A stretch of DNA of 64,000 nucleotides from Candidatus Poseidoniaceae archaeon (GTDB lineage: Archaea; Thermoplasmatota; Poseidoniia; Poseidoniales; Poseidoniaceae). Shown here one piece after another: positions 8,829 to 17,752 of the stretch. How positions within the stretch are numbered: position 1 is the first letter of the stretch; each line of letters starts with the position of its first letter. The notes beneath the pieces were generated by a model. It was given only the letters and a program-made list of their open reading frames with translations, did not search any database and was not told the DNA's origin. Location: the NCBI GenBank assembly GCA_949372655.1, contig CASIAI010000003.1, positions 138,425-202,424 of the forward strand. Reading direction: 5' to 3'. Position numbers and translations under genes: made by a program.

Positions 8829-9713
8829 TTGTTAGGGGAATGCATTATCGCAGGTCGTAGGAAGAAAGATTTACCGCTGAACCCATTTGCGCGTAACGCT
8901 GCTGCTGAACGTAATAAACGTCAAGCAGAGCGTGCACATATTAGGAAAAGAGAGGAAATCGCTACTGCACAAGCACCTGTCAAACTCACCATTAAAGGAA
9001 CTAGTAACTCGCTCGCTGAAATGCAGAAAAAAGCAGAAAAAAACTTGGCTAATGATAATATTGTCACCACGGAATCCGAGCAAAGTGCATCGCAGTTACC
9101 CGAGCCAACGATCACTATAACTCAAAAATCAGAACCTGAAGAAAAGATTAAGACTGATTTCCGCGAAGAACTAAACCGAAAAACTGCTGAAGCCAATAAA
9201 AAGTATCATGAGATAGCAGCAAATGTCACAGAAGATGTAGTTAAGCCAGACATGCCTTTAGTCGTTGATGATGTTCAACTCGAGGAAGTTATACCGGAGA
9301 TTGTAGATGATTCCGAATCTGTTGAGTCTACAGAGGAGTCAGCAGCTTCTAAAGGGGCCAAGAATATTTTCAAAACCGTTGAACAAACCAAGAAACCATC
9401 TGTAACTGGTGATAAGCGTAGACGTAGACGCAGAATGGATAAGAAAGGTGGCGGTCGTCAAAAGATGGAAAAGAAATTGAACCGTCAGAGAATTTTAGCA
9501 TTCAAGTATTTTGCGAGAGATTTACTTGACGACCCTAATATCCCAGAGGAACACCGTTCTAATGTTCTTGGTCAAATAATTGCCAAAGGTGAGAGGATAA
9601 GTATTGAATCAGCTGTAGAATTTATTCAACAAAAAAGAGATGAATTAATACTCACGGAAGAAATTGCAAAATCCCTAATTAGTGAGATAAAAAGTATGAC
9701 AACAAGAAGGTGA
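8829..9713 (+). CDS. hypothetical highly charged protein with an R6 patch and a conserved-looking C-terminal domain
   Basis: The ORF has a TTG start, a long Lys/Glu-rich region, then GDKRRRRRRMDKKGGGRQ, followed by a roughly 80-aa non-repetitive helical C-terminus. I recognise no family. Confidence 0.45.
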   Translation: MLGECIIAGRRKKDLPLNPFARNAAAERNKRQAERAHIRKREEIATAQAPVKLTIKGTSNSLAEMQKKAEKNLANDNIVTTESEQSASQLPEPTITITQKSEPEEKIKTDFREELNRKTAEANKKYHEIAANVTEDVVKPDMPLVVDDVQLEEVIPEIVDDSESVESTEESAASKGAKNIFKTVEQTKKPSVTGDKRRRRRRMDKKGGGRQKMEKKLNRQRILAFKYFARDLLDDPNIPEEHRSNVLGQIIAKGERISIESAVEFIQQKRDELILTEEIAKSLISEIKSMTTRR

Positions 9714-9717
9714 AATT

Positions 9718-10260
9718 ATGACTGAAACAGTAAGTAAAGATATGATAGCAAGCGTACATTATACAGGAACATTGCCAGATAGTGGCGAAGTTTTTGATTC
9801 TAGTATGGAAAGAGAGCCTTTGACATTCCTAGTTGGTCATGGTCAAATGATACCAGGATTCGAGGAAGAGATGATGGGTGCAACTGTAGGCGAAAAGAGA
9901 GAATTCACGCTAACTCCAGAAAAAGCATATGGACCAAGAGATGATGAAGCAATGATGGAAATTCCAAGAAATCAATTTGCTCAGTTAGAAGAATCGGCCA
10001 AACTTGAAGTTGGTACCCAATTAGTGGCACAGATGCCACATGGCCCAGCTCCATTTACCATTATTAAACTAGATGAAGAGAATGTCACTGCTGACTTCAA
10101 TCATGCTTTGTCGGGTAAATCTCTTACATTCAATGTAGAAGTCATTGAACTGAGAAGTGCTTCTCCTGAAGAAATTTCACATGGTCATGCGCATGGCCCT
10201 GAAGGACATCAGGAACAACCTGTCGCTGAAAAAAAGTGTGATGATGATACTTGCTGTTGA
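9718..10260 (+). CDS. slyD: FKBP-type peptidyl-prolyl isomerase, SlyD-like, with a His/Cys-rich metal-binding tail
   Basis: It has VHYTGTLPDSGEVFDSS...PLTFLVGHGQMIPGFEEEMMG and the tail HGHAHGPEGH...CDDDTCC. Confidence 0.85.
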   Translation: MTETVSKDMIASVHYTGTLPDSGEVFDSSMEREPLTFLVGHGQMIPGFEEEMMGATVGEKREFTLTPEKAYGPRDDEAMMEIPRNQFAQLEESAKLEVGTQLVAQMPHGPAPFTIIKLDEENVTADFNHALSGKSLTFNVEVIELRSASPEEISHGHAHGPEGHQEQPVAEKKCDDDTCC

Positions 10261-10293
10261 TACAGTAGTCTTGATGAATCACCGGCTCCTGGG

Positions 10294-11901
10294 TTGTTCA
10301 TGGCTGAACAACGTCGCGAAGATTGGCAGACGCTTTCAGGTATTGAATTGCCAATGCAACCTGGCATCATTTCCATGAATGAAGCTGGTGCTGATACAAA
10401 TGATTTGCCAAATTCAGGTCAACCTCCCTACACAAGAGGGATACACTCTAGCATGTACAGAACAAGGCTATGGACAATGCGTCAATATGCTGGTTTCTCT
10501 AGTGCCAAGGAAACAAATGAAAGGTTTAAGTTATTATTAGAACGTGGGCAAAAAGGACTTTCTGTGGCATTTGATTTGCCAACCCAACTTGGGTTAGACG
10601 CTGATGATGAACTTTCTTTGGGCGAGGTGGGGAAAGTAGGAGTTTCTATTTCAACACTAGATGATATGAGAGAATTATTCGAAGGTATACCATTAGGTAA
10701 GGTTAGTACATCCATGACAATAAACGCCCCTGCTATGATTTTACTAGCGATGTATGCAATAGTGGCTGAAGAACAGGGAGTATCTAGTTCGGAAATTCGC
10801 GGAACAATTCAAAATGATATTCTGAAGGAATATATTGCTCGAGGAACCTATGTATTTCCGCCAAAACCAAGTATGCGCCTAATCACTGATATTTTCTCTT
10901 ATTGTTCAAAAAGCATACCAAATTGGAATACTATTTCAATTTCAGGCTACCACATCAGAGAAGCTGGTTGCACTGCAGTGCAAGAGGTGGCGTTTACTCT
11001 TGCCAATGCTTTAGCATATGTGGATGCAGCAATTGAAACTGGTTTAGATGTAGACAGTTTTGCTCCAAGGCTTTCCTTCTTTTTCAATTGTCATAATGAT
11101 TTCTTTGAAGAAGCCTCAAAATTTAGGGCTGCTCGGAAGTTATGGTATGACTTGATGACAAATAGGTACAGTCCAAAACACCCTAAGTCTAGTATGCTTA
11201 GATTTCATACACAAGTTGCAGGTGTAAGTCTAACTGCTCAACAACCACTGAATAATATCTCGCGTGTAACAATCCAAGCACTAGCGGCAATATGTGGGGG
11301 GACTCAAAGCCTTCATACAAATTCTTATGATGAGGCAATAGGACTTCCAACTGAAGAAAGTGCAACTATTGCACTAAGGACTCAGCAAATTATTGCAGAG
11401 GAAAGCGGAGTTGCTGATGTAGCAGACCCGTTGGGTGGTTCATATCATGTAGAAACATTAACTCAACAGATATATGATATGTCTAAAGAGCAGATTACTA
11501 TTATCGAAAAAATGGGTGGAGCGATGGCAGCCATCGAAGAAGGCTGGCAGCAACGTGAAATTCATAACTCAGCATTCAAGCATTTGAAGGAAGTCGAGAG
11601 TAAAGATAGAAAAATCGTCGGAGTTAATTATGGCATGATGGAAGAAAACCTTCAGCATAAACCAATGGCGATAAATGCAGAGGTTGAGAAAGTTCAATGT
11701 GAGAGATTGAATGTATGGAGAGATGTTAGGGACCAGTCAGATGTCGATATATGTTTGAATGCGATTACGGAAGCCTGTAAAGATGGTAGAAACTTATTCC
11801 CTCTTGTCATTGACTCTCTAAGAGTAAATTGTACATTAGGGGAAATAATGGATGCTATGAAAGAAGAATTCGGAACTTGGATGGCACCCAGTGGATTTTA
11901 G
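10294..11901 (+). CDS. mcmA: methylmalonyl-CoA mutase, large (catalytic) subunit of the split archaeal type
   Basis: PPYTRGIHSSMYRTRLWTMRQYAGFSSAKETNERFKLLLERGQKGLSVAFDLPTQLG is a canonical MCM N-terminal signature. No B12-binding domain is attached. Confidence 0.9.
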   Translation: MFMAEQRREDWQTLSGIELPMQPGIISMNEAGADTNDLPNSGQPPYTRGIHSSMYRTRLWTMRQYAGFSSAKETNERFKLLLERGQKGLSVAFDLPTQLGLDADDELSLGEVGKVGVSISTLDDMRELFEGIPLGKVSTSMTINAPAMILLAMYAIVAEEQGVSSSEIRGTIQNDILKEYIARGTYVFPPKPSMRLITDIFSYCSKSIPNWNTISISGYHIREAGCTAVQEVAFTLANALAYVDAAIETGLDVDSFAPRLSFFFNCHNDFFEEASKFRAARKLWYDLMTNRYSPKHPKSSMLRFHTQVAGVSLTAQQPLNNISRVTIQALAAICGGTQSLHTNSYDEAIGLPTEESATIALRTQQIIAEESGVADVADPLGGSYHVETLTQQIYDMSKEQITIIEKMGGAMAAIEEGWQQREIHNSAFKHLKEVESKDRKIVGVNYGMMEENLQHKPMAINAEVEKVQCERLNVWRDVRDQSDVDICLNAITEACKDGRNLFPLVIDSLRVNCTLGEIMDAMKEEFGTWMAPSGF

Positions 11902-11909
11902 GTGATGGT

Positions 11910-12338
11910 ATGAATCAAAAAATATATCTCGACCATATAGGTATTGCGACAAACAATCTCGATGAGAGTTCCAAGTTTTGGAACTTGATTGGGTTATTCC
12001 AGGCAGATTCAGACGAGGTTGTTGAAGAACAAGGAGTGAAAACTAGGTTTTTCTCTACAACCAAACAAGATTCAGAGACCAATTCCCCTAAGATCGAATT
12101 ATTGGAGCCTACGGGTCTAACAACTCCTATTGGAAAGTTTTTACACAAACGAGGGCCTGGAGTACAACAAATATGTTTTCGTGTTGAAAATTTAGTTGGT
12201 ATGATTTCTTTGCTCAAAGAAAATAGTATACTTATGATAGATGACGAGCCAAGGATTGGAGCAGGTGGTAAGAGTATTGCTTTTGTTCACCCAAAATCCA
12301 CCGGAGGAGTTCTAGTGGAGCTCACACAATACGAGTAA
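11910..12338 (+). CDS. mce: methylmalonyl-CoA epimerase (VOC/glyoxalase fold)
   Basis: It has LDHIGIATNNLDES...PKIELLEPTG..TPIGKFLHKRGPGVQQICFRVEN...GGKSIAFVHPKSTGGVLVEL. I place the start at ATG 11910 rather than the overlapping 11829. Confidence 0.8.
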   Translation: MNQKIYLDHIGIATNNLDESSKFWNLIGLFQADSDEVVEEQGVKTRFFSTTKQDSETNSPKIELLEPTGLTTPIGKFLHKRGPGVQQICFRVENLVGMISLLKENSILMIDDEPRIGAGGKSIAFVHPKSTGGVLVELTQYE

Positions 12339-12341
12339 CTA

Positions 12342-12686
12342 ATGATAACAACAATAATCTACCTGTGGATAAATGATAACATGCGAACCTGTATTGACCA
12401 TTTGATTGCCCTTTCGCACATTGACGGGCCTAGAGTAAAAAGAGAAGCATCTTTCTTAGCAAATAGGCTTGAGTCGCTCAAGATGAGTAAAAATATCTCT
12501 AATGATGCATTTCTCGATGCTGGTGCCATTCAAGGTGCGTTTGAAATGATAGCTCACCTAATTGATATGGGTGTATCTCAGAAGGAAATCCATTCCCAAT
12601 TACGACAACAATTAGACCGTGCGCAAAACATCGAGACAAAGCACCCTGGTCTAAATAATGCAATTGAAGAAGGCCGTGCGAGTTGA
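12342..12686 (+). CDS. hypothetical helical protein
   Basis: This is an ORF only, with no recognised motif. A start at M14 (12381) is plausible. It lies directly upstream of the ABC-2 transporter. Confidence 0.35.
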   Translation: MITTIIYLWINDNMRTCIDHLIALSHIDGPRVKREASFLANRLESLKMSKNISNDAFLDAGAIQGAFEMIAHLIDMGVSQKEIHSQLRQQLDRAQNIETKHPGLNNAIEEGRAS

Positions 12687-12694
12687 TAACGTAA

Positions 12695-13528
12695 ATGTCG
12701 AAAACTCTAATGACAATTTCCAATGTCTCGAAAAGTTTTGGAGATATTAACGCTTTGAGAGATATATCTCTTGAAATAAATTCTGGAGAAGTTGTCGGTT
12801 TAGTTGGTAGTAACGGTGCAGGAAAGACTACCCTTCTGAGATTAATGTCAGGTGTTTACAAGCCAACAAGCGGTACTGTTTGCCTGGATGATGGCACTCC
12901 TGTCGATAAAATGCGACAACGTTTAGGTGTAGTTCCCGAATCAACCGGTCTATATTCAAGACTTACTGCATGGGAGAATATTCGCTACCATAGTAGAATG
13001 CATGGGATAAGCGATAAGGATTCATGGAATCGAACTTCAAGATTTGCTAAACATCTAGACATGTTAGATAGCCTAGGCCGCCATACTAAGGGTTTCTCAA
13101 GAGGTATGCGGCAAAAAACTGCTCTTTTACGCGCTCTCGCACATGGTCCAAGTGTTCTATTATTGGATGAGCCAACTGCTGGACTTGACATAACTAGCGC
13201 CAGGACTGTACGTGCATTAGTCAAACAATTAAGGGATGAAGGCGGAACAATCGTCTATTCAACCCACCACCTGGCTGAAGCCGAACAAGTTTGTGATCGT
13301 ATAATAATTATTCATAATGGCGACATTCAAGCCGATGGGTCGCCGGTTGATTTACTCAATGATACTGATTCTATGAATTTAGAAGAAGCATATGTAGCAT
13401 TGACTCAGGAAAAAGCAAGGTCGAGGAATGAAGAATTAGATTCTGAGGGTAGATTAACTAGATGGTGGAGGAGACTATTCACTCCAAAGACTCCTAATTT
13501 TGTTGAAGGAGATGATTCAAGTGAATAA
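12695..13528 (+). CDS. ABC transporter ATP-binding protein (ABC-2 type)
   Basis: Walker A GSNGAGKTTL, signature FSRGMRQK and Walker B LLLDEPTAGLD are present. Confidence 0.9.
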   Translation: MSKTLMTISNVSKSFGDINALRDISLEINSGEVVGLVGSNGAGKTTLLRLMSGVYKPTSGTVCLDDGTPVDKMRQRLGVVPESTGLYSRLTAWENIRYHSRMHGISDKDSWNRTSRFAKHLDMLDSLGRHTKGFSRGMRQKTALLRALAHGPSVLLLDEPTAGLDITSARTVRALVKQLRDEGGTIVYSTHHLAEAEQVCDRIIIIHNGDIQADGSPVDLLNDTDSMNLEEAYVALTQEKARSRNEELDSEGRLTRWWRRLFTPKTPNFVEGDDSSE

Positions 13529-14741
13529 GGGGTCGATTTCTCGAGTAAAGGCTATTGCCAAAAAAGAAGTAATTGAATTTACTAGAGATTGGCGTACTAT
13601 CATTGCTATTATCGTAATACCAATTCTGATGTTTCCACTTCTTTTCATAATGTTCCCATTACTATTAGAATCGGAAGCAGCTGAATTAAATTCTATTGTA
13701 GTAGAAGTAGTAGTTCAGTCTGAAGATACTCCAGATAATTTATTGGGTCAATTCAATGCTTCATCAATTAGTATTACTCAAGAAAACCTCACAGTAAGTG
13801 ATTCACTTTCTAACCCGGGAGATGATATTGATCGACTTAGAAGTCTATCAATAGATGCAATACTTAGGGTGGAAAAGCGAGAAGATATCTGGTATTATGC
13901 AATAATTCATATTTCTACCTCAGAAAGCTCTAATGAGGCACGTAATCGTTTGATTGAGGGAGTCACTGCGTGGGAGAATAATGAAACACAAAATATAATT
14001 TTTGAACAAGGATTAGAGGTTAATTCAACACTTAATCCAGTTAGGTGGGATGGGGATATAGCACAGGGCGATGTTGCGACTCAAGGTGAACAAGCGGGGA
14101 TGCTATTATCACTGTTTATTCCATTAGTATTGGCAGTATGGACTTTTTCGAGTGCGATTCAGCCTTCAATTGATATGACTGCAGGCGAAAGAGAAAGAGG
14201 TACTTTGGAGGCTCTTCTCAGTTTACCTTGCACACGGAATGAGCTTCTATTCGGCAAATGGCTTGGTGTTGCAACAATCACAGGAGTCGGTGTCTTATTG
14301 CAGATTTTGGGATTATTATTTGCAATAGGTTATCTCGCTTCCTCTAGTATTATTGGCATTCCGGATTTATCGACAGAAGCAATAATTTTGATAATTGCTT
14401 CAATTATGCTATTTGCAATAATGGTTGTCGCCCTAGAATTGGCTTTAGCGATGAGGTCTCACAGTGTTAAGGAGGCTGGTTCAATACTTGGGCCTGCGAT
14501 AATATTGATAATCTTCCCAGCACTATTCACCCAGGTGATAAATCTTGACGGGGTAGAGAATTTTTGGTTTGCAGTACCGGTAGTTAATGTCCTGCTTGCA
14601 CTACGTGAATTACTAATGGATCGTGTAATAATAGAACACATTGCAATATGGTTTGGTACTTCATTACTATACGCACTGTTGGCTGCTTACTACGCGGCTA
14701 AACAATTTAGTCGTGAAGATATAGTTACGAGCCTTTCATGA
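13500..14741 (+). CDS. ABC-2 family permease (NatB-like) with a large extracytoplasmic loop
   Basis: It has an N-terminal TM helix, a loop of about 150 aa, then five or more TM helices. It overlaps the ATPase gene, and the ERERGTLEALLSLP motif is typical of ABC-2 permeases. Confidence 0.75.
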   Translation: MLKEMIQVNKGSISRVKAIAKKEVIEFTRDWRTIIAIIVIPILMFPLLFIMFPLLLESEAAELNSIVVEVVVQSEDTPDNLLGQFNASSISITQENLTVSDSLSNPGDDIDRLRSLSIDAILRVEKREDIWYYAIIHISTSESSNEARNRLIEGVTAWENNETQNIIFEQGLEVNSTLNPVRWDGDIAQGDVATQGEQAGMLLSLFIPLVLAVWTFSSAIQPSIDMTAGERERGTLEALLSLPCTRNELLFGKWLGVATITGVGVLLQILGLLFAIGYLASSSIIGIPDLSTEAIILIIASIMLFAIMVVALELALAMRSHSVKEAGSILGPAIILIIFPALFTQVINLDGVENFWFAVPVVNVLLALRELLMDRVIIEHIAIWFGTSLLYALLAAYYAAKQFSREDIVTSLS

Positions 14742-16238
14742 GAATGCCTTGATAGCATCTCTTACAATATCGATAATCATATCTATTTCATCAGAGGTTA
14801 TTCTGAAATGTGGTGTGAAACGAAGGGCATTAATTCCACCATGAATAACACCGAGCCCTCTTCTCCTGCACCAAGGCTCAACCGCATCGAATCCTACAAC
14901 TGGGAACCGAGAAGGTTCTAATTCTGCACTTACCAGTAGGCCAGTACCTTGTACTTTGGTAATTGTTCCTGGTAACTCTTCAGCCAATAGTTTAAGTTTC
15001 TCAACTAATTCTACTCCCCTTTCCTTGATATTACTTCTCAATTCTGGTGTCATTTCTTCTAATACGGAAACAGCTATCTCCAATGCACGTGGATTGGTAG
15101 TCATGGTATTGCCATAAATCCCTACAACATACTTAGATGATGCGCGCTCATTCATTCCAAGCACGGAAAATGGATATTGGCCCGCATTTATTGCTTTAGA
15201 CCAAGTTTCTAGGTCTGGAGCCTCAGCATCTTGGAATCCATCATAATCAATTACTGACAAGCATCCTTGACCCCGAATACCTGCTTGAATTGAGTCTACA
15301 AAAAACATTGAATCATGCTCTAGTGTTAATTTTCGCGCTTCGTCATAAAATTCCCTAGAGATACACTGGCCCGGATTTCCCTCGCCTTGAACCGGTTCAA
15401 CTGCTAGTAGTTCGATGAAGAACTTCTCATCTACTGAACGCTGAAAAACTTCCCTTAGAAATTCCACATCATTTGCCGGCACTAAAATCAGATTGTCGCG
15501 ATTTTGGAAACTTGCTAAATTTTTATCATATTTAGGCATACAAGAATGGGATATCTGTGCAGGCCTATCTGTACGTCCGTGAAAACTTCTAACTATTGAG
15601 ACCATCTTAATTGGATAGCCTTCATATTTAGCACCCTTTGATGTCATTGTATTTGCATTAACGTCAGCAATACGTAATGCCACTGTCACGGATTCAGAGC
15701 CACTATTCATACAAATGAATTTTGAAAAAGGGCAACTACCCCTAGTATGTCCAAGTTCCGCTTTAAGTGCGTCAGAAAGCCTCTTTTGACTAAATGATGG
15801 TGTCATTACATTAGCCATGACCCAATTCTTTGACATTGTAGAAATCACTGAGTCTGGTCCATGGCCTGCTCCAAGCATACCATATCCACCATTATCATGT
15901 ATTACAGCACCATGAGATGTGACTATCCATGGACCCTTTGCTGAAAGAGCAACATATGGATTGACAGTAGCAGGGGCGTAAAAATTAACGATATCACTTT
16001 GTAGGTCTTCAACCAGTGACTTTTCTTCCATCATCATAATACTACTACCCATGGAATTAATCAGTTCCTCATGATTTGAAAAACCTTCATTGATTGCTAT
16101 TACAAGATTCTCATCGACTTTAGAAAAGTGTTCAATGATTTCATCTGAAAGACCCGTGGTGTCCTTTTTACCGCTCTTTTCACGGATAGTATGTAATTTG
16201 GACAATACTCCGTCGGGTTCAATCATTACTGTCATCAA
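14736..16238 (-). CDS. class III PLP-dependent aminotransferase; substrate unassigned
   Basis: It has NSGSESVTVALRIA, an FFVDSIQAGIRGQG (DxxQxG) motif and YGNTMTTNP, with an N-terminal extension of about 90 aa. Confidence 0.8.
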   Translation of the reverse strand: MMTVMIEPDGVLSKLHTIREKSGKKDTTGLSDEIIEHFSKVDENLVIAINEGFSNHEELINSMGSSIMMMEEKSLVEDLQSDIVNFYAPATVNPYVALSAKGPWIVTSHGAVIHDNGGYGMLGAGHGPDSVISTMSKNWVMANVMTPSFSQKRLSDALKAELGHTRGSCPFSKFICMNSGSESVTVALRIADVNANTMTSKGAKYEGYPIKMVSIVRSFHGRTDRPAQISHSCMPKYDKNLASFQNRDNLILVPANDVEFLREVFQRSVDEKFFIELLAVEPVQGEGNPGQCISREFYDEARKLTLEHDSMFFVDSIQAGIRGQGCLSVIDYDGFQDAEAPDLETWSKAINAGQYPFSVLGMNERASSKYVVGIYGNTMTTNPRALEIAVSVLEEMTPELRSNIKERGVELVEKLKLLAEELPGTITKVQGTGLLVSAELEPSRFPVVGFDAVEPWCRRRGLGVIHGGINALRFTPHFRITSDEIDMIIDIVRDAIKAFS

Positions 16239-16310
16239 GTAAACTCCAATGGTGGATACTATTCAACATTCGCTTTTAGAATGTGGAAATATGAGTGAAT
16301 TGCCATTTAA

Positions 16311-16337
16311 TAATACTGGAGTATTACTATAGTAATA
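16311..16337. promoter_or_regulatory. two overlapping palindromes upstream of the RHH-folE-que operon (candidate operator)
   Basis: TAATACT-GG-AGTATTA (16311-16326) is a 7-bp inverted repeat. TATTACTATAGTAATA (16322-16337) is a perfect 16-bp palindrome. Both lie 30-55 nt upstream of the RHH start. Confidence 0.3.
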
Positions 16338-16366
16338 TTAATTAGTAATTGGATATAGCGATAAAC

Positions 16367-16546
16367 ATGCCCAAAGTTTCTCTAGACATGCCTGCTGAAA
16401 TAATTGGTGATTTGAGGCTCCATGTGGGTGATGAACGTAAGTTTATCAGCCTTGCAGATGCGATAAGAACTGCTTGTAGGAAACTCCTCGATCAATTAGA
16501 TGATATTGATTCAAGGCATGGTAGAAATAATGGAGATGGTTTGTAA
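16367..16546 (+). CDS. small ribbon-helix-helix (CopG-like) putative regulator
   Basis: MPKVSLDMPAEIIGDLRLHVGDERKFISLADAIRTACRKLL shows a beta-strand followed by two helices. Its stop abuts the folE start (TAAATG). Confidence 0.45.
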   Translation: MPKVSLDMPAEIIGDLRLHVGDERKFISLADAIRTACRKLLDQLDDIDSRHGRNNGDGL

Positions 16547-17116
16547 ATGACTACACGCGAAGAAGCTATGGAAGCTGTATCGACGTTGCTGTCATACCTA
16601 GAAGACGATTATCAGAGAGAGGGGTTATTATCAACACCTAAGCGCGTAATTGACTCTTGGGGTGAAATATTCTCAGGATATGGTCAAGACTCTGGTGAAC
16701 TTTTAGATTCTACATTCAATGGAGAAGGGTATGATGGAATAGTCCTACTACGTGACATCGAGTTTCATTCTACCTGCGAACATCACCTCCAACCCTTTAG
16801 CGGTAGGGCTCATGTAGCATACATCCCAGTAGACCGTATTGTGGGGATAAGCAAGTTGTCACGTATCGTCGACTTACATGCTAAGAGGCTGCAAAATCAA
16901 GAGAGAATTACCAAGGGTGTTGCAGACGATTTAGAGAATCACCTTTCACCCCTAGGTGCTGCTGTTATTATCGAAGCATCACACGGCTGTATGCGTTGTA
17001 GGGGAGTAAAGAAACAAAATGCTGTAATGACTACTTCAGCAATGCGTGGAGTGTTTTTCGAAAAGCAAGAAGCAAGACAAGAGCTAATGCAATTAATACA
17101 ATCAAAACCGTTGTGA
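16547..17116 (+). CDS. folE: GTP cyclohydrolase I
   Basis: It has EFHSTCEHHLQPFSGRAHVAYIP, ISKLSRIVD and the HGCMRCRG zinc and active-site motifs. Confidence 0.9.
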   Translation: MTTREEAMEAVSTLLSYLEDDYQREGLLSTPKRVIDSWGEIFSGYGQDSGELLDSTFNGEGYDGIVLLRDIEFHSTCEHHLQPFSGRAHVAYIPVDRIVGISKLSRIVDLHAKRLQNQERITKGVADDLENHLSPLGAAVIIEASHGCMRCRGVKKQNAVMTTSAMRGVFFEKQEARQELMQLIQSKPL

Positions 17117-17152
17117 ACTCACAACCCAATCCTATAAAACAACAGTGATAAT

Positions 17153-17752
17153 ATGTCTGTCTATCCTATAGTAGAAATATTTCATTCAGTTCAAGGTGAA
17201 GCTTTCCACATGGGTGAGCCTCATGTATTCATTCGATTTGGAAACTGTAACTTAAGATGTGAATGGTGTGATACTAATTTTCTTGAGTTCGAAGAAATGC
17301 GATTAGAACATATTATAGAAGAAGTACTCTCGATTCAACTGTAGCAGAGTTATTTTCACTGGTGGCGAACCTTGCCTTCAAGATTTAGAGACTATTGGCC
17401 TAGAATTGAAGAAGCATGGGTTGAATTTATCAGTAGAAACCAATGGAACCATTGAAGTTCCAAGTATAATAGACTGGATATGCGTATCTCCAAAAGATCA
17501 ACTATACCCAAATAGTAAAATTTCTCAAATCACAGGTGATGAACTGAAAGTTGTTTACTGTGGTCAAGAACTATCGATGTATGACAGTTTGAAAGATGGT
17601 TTTTACACACCTTTACTTACAACCCTGTTACATGGAGAATTTGTCGATTGAAGAGAATGGCTAAGAATTTTGCTATTGTTGAAGAGATTGTCAAGAATAA
17701 CCCTGGTTGGCGTTTATCTCTTCAAACTCACAAATGGATGGGCGTGAACTAA
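17153..17752 (+). pseudogene. queE: 7-carboxy-7-deazaguanine synthase (radical SAM), interrupted by three +1 frameshifts
   Basis: Segment 1 is IFHSVQGEAFHMGEPHVFIRFGNCNLRCEWCDT. Segment 2, in the next frame, is RVIFTGGEPCLQD...SVETNGT. Segment 3, in the third frame, is THLYLQPCYMENLSIEEN. Segment 4, back in the first frame, is AKNFAIVEEIVKNNPGWRLSLQTHKWMGVN-stop. Confidence 0.7.

Noticed and set aside
17707-17751. The ORF-track start of the queC ORF gives an N-terminal extension (MAFISSNSQMDGREL).
   Set aside because: This stretch is the C-terminus of queE read in another frame. The QueC PP-loop begins right after ATG 17752 (MKIAVMALSGGMDSTS), which overlaps the queE stop.
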